Source: the human T2T-CHM13v2.0 reference genome, Homo sapiens. Taken from it: a stretch of DNA of 64,000 nucleotides. This document shows, in pieces, positions 54,191-64,000 of the stretch (position 1 is the first letter of the stretch; the number at the start of each line of letters is the position of its first letter). A program made the translations under genes and the position numbers. A model generated the notes under the pieces. That model saw nothing but the letters and a program-made list of their open reading frames with translations. It searched no databases and was not told the origin of the DNA. Location of the stretch: assembly GCF_009914755.1 (NCBI RefSeq), contig NC_060937.1. One strand, 5' to 3'.

Positions 54191-55854
54191 GTATACTTTT
54201 CAAACTTGTTACAGCAAAACTTCTCAGAAAACCATTTCCTAACTACCTAGTCTGCATCAGGGTTTTTTTTCTGTAATATACTCTCATGAAAACATGTTTA
54301 TGTCATTTTGTGAACTAATATAATTTACACTAATAAGTATAATACAATGATATACTACATAATATATATTACTATATCATAGCATTACAGATATGTACAC
54401 ATCTATATGGCATAGTCTTCTATGGAGGAATAGTTTGAGTATACATAGGAGGAAAATCACGACGATATTGGCAATAATTTCTTCTCTGATATAATATTTT
54501 ACAAAGGCAAATCTTGAAAATAAGCTCATTGTTGGTTAGTTCATATATCATTAAAGATTCAAAAGTCTTTCATTTATCACAATGTTCAGACTTAATGAAC
54601 ACAGAACTTAATTTTCTAAAATTTATAACCTAGTACCAAATAAATTGCACACATGCTCTGTAAAGGATACATCAAATTTGAATACACTAATGACGAAGCA
54701 AGAACTGCTGGAATGATGTCACATATTAAAAAGTAATCAAGCACATAAGTGTAAGAAGCTGCATAATTTGAAGTGATTTATTTCTAATTACTATATTTCT
54801 CGGTACTTAACTGCAGTAAATATAATTTTCATTATAATATGAATTTTATTCCACAGTATGTACCATTAAATTGCTAATGCATTTGCAAAATCTCAAGATA
54901 TGTTAAAGAACAGTGATATTTGAATTCCAAAAATAATCTCTTCTAATAAACAATTTTTAAAAACAGTATTAACCTTGCCCATGATTGCTGGAATTCTCTA
55001 AAAAATTATTTTCCCAACATAAGTATCATTGGTACATTTAAAAAAATACTAATTCCTTTTAATGTAACAATTTGATATGTAAAGTTAGATAATATTTAGT
55101 TAATAAAATACTGTTTAGTTTCTGATTTAGGACTATTTTAACTCTTTATTTTCATTACTGGTGTCTAAGATTTAGAAAAATTATATGAAACATATAAATC
55201 AGAAACAACATTTCTTGAGATTTAATCAGTGACCTCAGTTCCTTACTTAATATTATACATTGAAAATGTGTTATTTTTATAGAAACATTGGTAGTATTTT
55301 ATGTTTATGATCGCAGCTAAATATATTTTAAAATATATATCACTATGATAAGTGACATCGCATATGCCTTTTTTGGCACTCTGTGACTTTCCTCAAACAA
55401 AAATAACCTATTCATTTGACAAAAAGCACATTGTATCATGGACCGCACAAGGTCCCCTGTATTTTACTTTGTCAATTAATCCTACAATTAGTAAACACTA
55501 CATATATATATATATATGTATATGCATTTTCCAAAGGAAATGATATCACTATCTCACAGAAGCAGCAGCTCTCCAATATTCATAGCATTATTCACAATAG
55601 CCAATATTTAGAAAAAACCTGAGTCCATCAAATGATTCATGAATAAAGAAAATAGGATTATATGTACAGGCATATCTCATTTTATTGTGTTTCACAGTTT
55701 TTGTGATTTTTCAAATTGAAAGTTTGTGGCAAACCTGTGTCAAGCAAGTCCAGTGGTAACATTTTTCCAACAGCACATGCTCACATCACGTTTTTGTCAC
55801 TTACTAGTAATTGGCACAAAATTTTATTTTTTCAGTATTATTTTCTGTTATGAT

Positions 55855-56401
55855 TCTATTAGCCAGGGTTCTCTAGAAGGACAGGACTAAAAGGATAGAT
55901 GTGTATATGAAAAGGTGTTTATTAAAGACTATTGACTCACATGATCTCAAGGTAAATCCCACAATAGGTTATCTGCAAGCTGAGGAGCAAGGCAGACAGT
56001 CCGAGTCCCAAAATCTCCAAAGTAGGGAAGCCGACAGTGCAGCCTTCAGTCTGTGGCTGAAGGTCCTAGAGTCCCTGGCAAACCACTGGTGTAGGTCTAC
56101 GAGTCCAAAAGCTGAAGAATTTGGAGTCTGATGTTCGAGGGCAGGAAGCATCCAGCATGGCAGAAAGACGAAGGCCGAAGATTCAGCCAGTCCCGTCCTC
56201 CCACGTTCTTCTGCCTCCTTTTATCCTAGCCACCTTGGCAGCTGATTAGAGGGTGCCCACGCAGATTGAGGGTGGGTCTGCCTCTCTCATCCCACTGACT
56301 CACATGTTAATCTCCTTTTCAACACCCTCACAGACACACCCAGGAACAATACTCTGCATCCTTCAATCCAATCAATTTGACATTCAATATTAAGCATCAC
56401 A
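55855..56401 (-). mobile_element. MLT2A2 solo LTR (HERV-L) inside Tigger1
   Basis: gtagggaagccgacagtgcagccttcagtctgtggc and caatccaatcaatttgacattcaatattaagcatcaca; TSD atgat/atggt. Confidence 0.93.
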
Positions 56402-57312
56402 ATGGTCATATGTAATCAGTGATCTTTGATGTTCCTAATAAAATTGTTTTGGGATGCCATGACCCACATCCATATAAAAGAGTGAACTGAATTGATGATG
56501 TGTATCTTTTGACTGCTCCACTGACCACTATACCCTTATATCTCTCTTCGTTCTCTGGACCCCCTATTTGCTGAAAGAAACCAATATTATAATATATTAA
56601 ATTAGGTCATTTAGAAACCCTACAATGATCTCTAAGTTTTTAAGTGAAAGGATTAGTTATACATCTCTCACTTCAAATAAAAAACTAAAAATGATTAAGT
56701 TCAGTGATGAAGCATGCTGAGAGCCAAGGCAGGCTAGGTCTTTTGTGTCAAATAAGTAGCCAAGTTCCAACTGCAAAAGAAAAATTCTTGGAGGAAATAA
56801 GAATGCTATTTTAATGAACACACAGATGTTAAGAAAGCAAAACAGCCTTATTGCTGATAGGGAGAATGTTTTAATAGTCTGGATAGAAGATGAAACCAGC
56901 CGCAACCCTCCCTTAAGCTGAAACCTTAATCTAGAGCAAGGATTTAACTCTCTTTAATTCTATGAAGGGTAAAAAAGGTAAAGAAGCTGCAGAAGAAAAA
57001 TTTAAAGCTAGCAAAGATTGGTTCATGAGGTTTAATGAAAGAAACCATGTGCATAACACAAAAGTGCAAGATAAACCTTGAAGTGCTGATGTAGGTAACA
57101 GCATGTTATCCAGAAGGAGTAGCAAAGACAATCGATCGATAAAAGTGATTACACTAAACGGCAGATTTTTCATTGTTGATAAAACAGCTTTATATTGTCG
57201 GAAGATGCAATCTGGGGCATTCAGAGCTAAACAGGAGAAGTCAATGCCTGGTTTCAAAGCTTCAAAGACAGGCTGACTCCCCTGTAAGGGAGGAATGCAG
57301 TGGTGACTTTAA

Positions 57313-57701
<389 letters not shown>

Positions 57702-58168
57702 TCTGCCTATGCTTTCTAAACAGAGCAATAAAACATGGATGACAGTACATCTATCTACAGCTTGGCTTACTAAATATTTCAAGCCCACTGTTGAGATCTA
57801 CTCCTAAGAAGTAAATATTTATTTCACAATAATACAGCTCATTAACAATGCTTCTAGTCATCCAAGAGCTTTGTTGAAGATGGAACAAGGAAATTAATGT
57901 TGTTTTCGTGCCTTTTAACCAATATCTATTTGCTGCCATGGATCAAGAATTTTAGCTTTCAAGACTTATCATTTAATAAATAACTTTTAATACTAGGGAT
58001 TTCATATATAGTAATTCCTCTGGGAAAAGAAAATTGAAATCTTCTGGAAAGGTTTATAGATGCCATTAAGAAGTTTTGTGATTCTCAGGAGTTGTTCAAA
58101 ATATCAACGTTAACAGGAGTTTAGAAAAAGTAGATTCCAAGACTCATGGACGCCTTTAAAGAGTTCAG

Positions 58169-58420
58169 TAAGATCTATTATTTGATAGAACAGGGTGACC
58201 ACAATCAACAATAATTTATTGTACTTTTTATAACAAATAAGAGTATAATTGGATTGTTTGTAACACAAAGAAAAGATTAATGCTTGAAGTGATGGATACC
58301 TACCCTGAATGTGATTATTACAAATTGTATGCCTGTATCAAAATATCTATGTACCCTATACATTCTTACATCTACTATGTATTCACAATAAATAAAGAGT
58401 TTTAAAATTAAGAAAAAAAC
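58169..58420 (+). mobile_element. L1MA2/3-type 3' end inside Tigger1
   Basis: gagtataattggattgtttgtaacacaaag...tgcctgtatcaaaatatct...tactatgtattcacaa plus A-rich tail. Confidence 0.88.
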
Positions 58421-58825
58421 AATTTAGTGGGAGAAGTAAATGAAGATGTGGAAGTAGGAGGAGAAATAGAATTAGAAGTAGAGCCAGAAGCTATGAATGA
58501 ATTGCTACAATTGCATGATAAAACTTCAATGGATGAAAAGTTGCTTCTTATGAATGAGAAAAGAAAGTTTTCTGAGATGGAATCTACCCTGGCAAAGATG
58601 CTTTGAAAGTCATTAAAAAAGATAAAAGTTATTTTAGTGTCTTATATAAACTTAGTAGATAAAACAACAACAGGATTTGGGAGGACTAACTCAAATTTTG
58701 AAAGAAGTTATACTGTGGGTAAAATGCTTTCAAATTGCATCGCATGCTCCAGAGACATCTTTCACGAAAGAAAGAGTCAATCAATATGGTAAACTTCATT
58801 GTTGTTTTATTTTAAAAGATATCAG

Positions 58826-60748
58826 TCTCCACCACCCGCCAAAAAACTACAATATATTTTTTTTCTCATCACAACATGGCACTTACTCTAAAATTGATCA
58901 CATAATTGGAAGTAAAACACTCCTCAGGAAATGCAGAAGAACTGAAATCATAACAGTCTCTCAGACCACAGCACAATCAAATTAGAACTCAAGATTAAGA
59001 AACTCACTCAAAACCATACAACTACATGGAAATTGAACAACCTGCCGCTGAAAGGCTTCTGAATAAATAACGAGATTAAGGCAGAAATCAAGAAGTTACT
59101 TGAAACTAATGAGAACAAAGAGACATTATACCAGAATCTATGGAACTTAGCTAATGCAGTGTTAACAGGGAAATTTATAGCACTAAATGCCCACATCAAA
59201 AAGCTAAAAAGATCTATAGGCAACAACTTAACATCTCAATTAAAAGAACTAGAGAACAAAGAGTAAATAAACCCCAAAACTAGCAGAAGACAAGAAATAA
59301 CCAAGATCAGAGCAGAAATGAAAGAGACATGAAAAACCCTTCAAAAATCAATGAATCCAGAATCTGTTCTTTTTTTTGAAAAAATCATTTGAATAGATAG
59401 ACCACTATCTAGACTAATAAAGAAGAAAAGAGAGAAGAAGCAAATAGACATAATCAGAAATGATAAGGAGGATATTACCACTGACCCTACAGAAATACAA
59501 ACAACCATCAGAAAATACTATAAACACCTCTATGCACATAAACTAGAAAATCTAGAAGAAATATATAAATTCCTGGATTCATACATTCTCTCAAGACTGA
59601 ACAGGAAGAAATTGAATTGCTGAATAGACCAATAACGAGTTTTGTAATAGAGGCAGTAATAAATAGCTTACTAACAAAAGAAAGGCCAGGACCAGATGGA
59701 TTTAAAGCTGATTTCTACCAGAGGTGCAAAGAGGAGTTGCTACATTTCTTTTGAACCTATTCCAAACCATTGAAAAGGAGGGACACCTCTCTAACTCATT
59801 TTATGAGGCCAGCATTATCCTGATACAGAAACTTGGCATAGATACAACAAAAAAGGAAAACTTCAGGCCAATATCTCTGAAGAACATCAATGCAAAAATC
59901 CTCAATAAAGTACTGGCAAACTGAGTCCAGCAGCACATCAAAAAGCTTACGCACCACAATCAAATTGGCTTCATCCACAGGATGTAAGGTTGGTTCAGCA
60001 TATGCAAATCAATAAAAGGCATTCATAAAATAAACAGAACTAAAGACACAAACCACATGTTTATCTAAAATGGACACAGAAAAGGCCTTCAATAAAATTC
60101 AACATCCCTTCATGTAAAAAATCTCAGTAAACTAGGTGTTGAAGGAACATACCTCAATATAATATATATAACAAATGTACAGCCAGTATCATCCTGAATG
60201 GGCAAAAGATGGAAGCATTCCCCTTGAAAACCAGCACAAGACAAGGATGGCTTCTCTCACCACTCGTATTCAACATAGTACTGGAAGTTCTGGCCAGCAC
60301 AACCAGGCAACAGAAAGAAATGTATTCAAATAGGAAAAGAAGACGTCAAATTGTCTTTGTTTGCAGATAACATGATCCTATATCTAGAAAACCCTGTCAT
60401 CTCAGCCCGAAAACTTCTTAAGCTAAAAAGAACTTCCACAAATCTCAGAATACAAAAATCAATGTGCAAAAATCACTAGCATTCCTATACACCAATAAAC
60501 AGGCAAGCAGAGAACCAAATCTTGAATGAACTCTCATTCACAATTGCTACAAAAAGAATAAAATACCTAGGAATACAGATAACAAGGGAAGTGAAGGCCC
60601 TCTTCAAGGAGAACTACAACCCACTGCTCAAGGAAATTAGAGAGGACACAAACAAATGGAAAAACATTCCATGCTCATGGATAGAAAGTATCAATATTGT
60701 GAAAATGGCCATACTGACCAAAGTAATTCATAGATTCAATGCTATTCC
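58826..60748 (+). mobile_element. Internal L1P ORF2 fragment without 3'UTR or poly(A), inside Tigger1
   Basis: [28 protein letters not shown]...[10 protein letters not shown] and [10 protein letters not shown]...RFNAIP, then an abrupt return to Tigger1. Confidence 0.93.
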
Positions 60749-60964
60749 TTCAGCAACTGTCACCATGATCAGTTAGCTGCCTTCAACATTAAGGCAAGGC
60801 CCTCTATCAGCAAAAAAGATTCTGACTTGCTGAAGTCTCTCTGATGATCATTAGCATTTTTTAAAAATAAAGTGTTTTTTCAAGTAATCTTTAACATTTT
60901 ACTGCAATTTTAACTGAAAAATAACTATATATTATGTATTTATTTGATACAGTGTGGTCTTAAA

Positions 60965-61640
60965 ATATTTTTTGTGGGTACATATTATTAGGTGTATATA
61001 TTTATGGGGTATATGAGATATTTTGCTACAGGCATGCAATGCATAATAACCACATTATTTAAAATGGGGTATCCATTTACTAAAGCATTTATCTTTTGTG
61101 TTACAAATAATCCAATAATACTGTTTTAGTTATTTTAAAATTTACAGTTAAATTATTATTGTCTTTAGTCACTCTATTGTGCTGTCAAATACTAGGTCTT
61201 ATTCATTCTAACTAATTTTTTGTTTTGTATTTATTAACCATCCCACCTCTTACCCACCCACCCACTTCCGTTTCAAGCCTCTGGTAACCATTCTTCTACC
61301 CTCTATATCCACGTGTTCTATTGTTTTGATTTTTAGATCCCACAAGTAAGTGAGAACATGGGATGTTTGTCATTCTGTGCCTGGCATATTTCACTTAGTA
61401 TAATGACATCCAGTCTCATCCATGTCATTGCAAATGACAGGATCTCATTCTTTTTTATGGCTGAATAGTATTCCATTATGTATATGTACCACATTTTCTT
61501 TATTCATTCATCCGTTGATGGACACTTAGGTTACTTCCAAATTTGTGTTATTGTGAATGGTGCTACAACAAACATGGGAGTGCAGATATCTCTTTTATAT
61601 ACTGATTTCCTTTCTTTTGGATATATACCAGCAGTGAGAT
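60965..61640 (-). mobile_element. L1MA2-type 3' fragment inside Tigger1
   Basis: ttttgtgggtacat...caggcatgcaatgcataataaccacat...ttttagatcccacaagtaagtgagaacatg is the antisense L1MA1-3 3'UTR. Confidence 0.92.
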
Positions 61641-61893
61641 TAGCAATAAAGTATTTTTAATTAAGATATGTACATTGGCATATATATATAAATATAAAGT
61701 ATATATACACACACACAAATATATATACTTTGTTTAAGAATAATAGTACACTTAATAGACTACGGTATAATATAAACATAAGTTTTATATGTCCTAGAAC
61801 ACCAAAATATTTGCATGACTCATTTTTTGATAACAGTTGCTCATTGCAGTGGTCTGAACCAAACTTAAAATATTTCTGAGTTATGTCTGTATG

Positions 61894-62210
61894 CAGGTTG
61901 CGTAGTCCTTATCCAAAATACTTGGTACAAGAGTGTTTTGGATTTCTGATTTTTAAAAATATTTTGAAATGTTTACATATATATTAGGAAATATTTTATG
62001 GATGGCTCCTCAGTGTAAACATAAAATTCATTTATGTTTAATGTATTAATTATACCCATAGCCTGAAGGTAATTTTACATAATATTTTTAAGAATTTTAT
62101 GCATAAAACAAAGTTTGTTAAGTAGTTTTTGTGTCTGTGTGAGACTTTCCAGTCCTGGTTTCATGTCAGTGTGCAAATATTTCAGATTTTGAAAGTTTGA
62201 AACTTAACTG
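61894..62210. mobile_element. Tigger4b/MER46-type non-autonomous element
   Basis: caggttgcgtagtccttatccaaaatacttgg start and catagcctgaaggtaattttacataatatttt core; ends cttaactg followed by TA. Confidence 0.85.
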
Positions 62211-62885
62211 TAATACTTACTGTAGTACTGTAATAATTTTTAGACATTTCCTTTTGCTATTAGGATGACCTGAAGTGTTGTATCATTTAAAACACTATTT
62301 AAGCCTCATGATCTCTGCATGAGCAATTTATATCTGAAGTAAATTATTTGTCATGGCAAAAAGTGATATCTCCCTCCATTTTGTGTATTTTTCAGCATGC
62401 TTAGTTCAATACTGTAAACCTTGAATAACATCTTGAGATCCTTATGAAGTGCCACTAGTGATGCTTGCAGAGAAAAGTCATGACATTATAAGTAAAAGTT
62501 GAGTTACTTGATATGTACTGCAGAGACTGAGGTCTGCAACTGTGGTTGTGCACAGTTTCAGACAGACAATTCATCTTGTAAACAGACATGGTAAACTTAC
62601 GGTATCAATAAATACAGTACAGTGCTCTAAATGTATTTTCTCTCCCTTGTGATTTTGTTAATGTCTTTTGTCTACACTTAATTTATTGTAAGAATACTAT
62701 ATATAATACAGATAACATACAAAAATACATGTTAATCTATTGTTTATGTTGTTTATAAGGCTTCTACTCAACAATAAGCTATTAGTAGTTAAATTTTCAA
62801 AGAGCCAAAAGTTATATGTGGATTTTTTTTTTAATTGTGCAGGGCATCAACATTGTTTACCCTTGCATTGTTCAAAGGTCAACCA
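62211..62885 (+). mobile_element. Tigger2b-type element, left part missing
   Basis: gaagtgccactagtgatgct...gcagagaaaagtcatgacatta and cagacagacaattcatcttgtaaacagac; ends ttgttcaaaggtcaac (Tigger2 terminal repeat). Confidence 0.85.
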
Positions 62886-64000
62886 CACACACACACACAC
62901 ACACACAATTTAAAGTGGAATATTATTCCACTTCAAAAGGGAAGAAAATTATGTCATCTATGACAACATGTATACACCTGAAAAATTATGCTAAGTGACT
63001 AGGAATAGAAAGAAAAACTGCATGATCTCACTTACATATGGATTCTAAAATAGCCAAATTCTTGGAAGCAGAGAGTAGAATAGTGGTTGAATGAAGCTTG
63101 GAAGTGAGGGATATGAGGAGACAGTCAAAATTAAAATTGTAGGATAAATAAGTTGTAAATATTTAATGTACAGCATGAAGACTATAGTTAATAATACTGT
63201 ATTATACACTTAAAATTTAATAATATAGTAGATCATAACTATTCATATGACACACATAGACACAAAACACACACACAAAACGGTAAGTATGTAAATAAAT
63301 GGATATGTTAACAAACTTGACTGTAGTAACCAGTTCACTATGTGTATGTATATCAAAACAATATGCTGTATACCAAATATATATATATTCTATTAAAAAT
63401 TTAACATATGAACATATTTTCTATGTTTGTAAGGTTTAATGAATTTCTTAGGAGTGTTATCTATAGTGCTTCTTAGTGATTAAGGGATAGATTTTAAGGC
63501 TAGTACAAAAATCAAAACAAGAACTAAACACAAACAGGCACACACAAACTATATATGATTTGGAAAAAGTAGGTTCACAGTAATATTGTGTTACATAATG
63601 AATAAATCAACTTATGTCAACCTCAAAAACTTAATATTAAATATTTGCCAGGGTACAAAATGAAATTGAATTTATAATTCATAAATTATCATTATAATTA
63701 TAAATGTGTCACTTATAAGCCAAAAAATAAAAGAAAAACTTAGCAACAGTTTTGTTTTTGTCTCCCCCTATACATAGATGTCAGTGACCATTCTGAATAG
63801 TATATAATATTAAGTTTGTTTGGTGATGAAGTAATACATTTCATAAAAATTTTTAGAAGCAAATAACCTGGGAAATTGTATCTCCTGTACACTATGTGTG
63901 TGGTATTGTAACAGTGGCATTCATTTAATTATTTTACTATTAGGTTTATATAGTTTTACATGTAAAAAATATTGTTGTAAAATATAAATTTTAAATGAAG

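Overview
AT-rich primate (probably human) non-coding DNA from a gene desert or a very large intron. I find no supportable protein-coding gene, RNA gene or prokaryote-type system, and no evidence of a new biological system. The recognisable ORFs in the track are L1 ORF1/ORF2 or Tigger1 remnants or Alu read-through; the rest look like chance AT-rich frames. Much of the window is decayed transposable elements: L1 (L1M-type 5' end, L1PB, L1PA, L1MA, L1MC/MD), eight Alus, MaLR/ERV LTRs, L2/MIR and hAT/Tigger DNA transposons. The most unusual structures are: (1) an isolated 183-bp GC-rich SATR-like satellite island in inverted arrangement (49801-49983); (2) a ~2 kb CpG-retaining zone around an old Alu (24.3-26.2 kb), suggesting germline hypomethylation; (3) a full-length Tigger1 carrying five later insertions, including a tail-less L1 ORF2 fragment and a possible 3' transduction; (4) two old local duplications; (5) several perfect hairpins; (6) an ORF1-deleted L1PB and a twin-primed inverted L1. 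Repeat subfamily names come from my recall of consensus sequences, not from a database search. Boundaries without a stated target-site duplication (TSD) are approximate.
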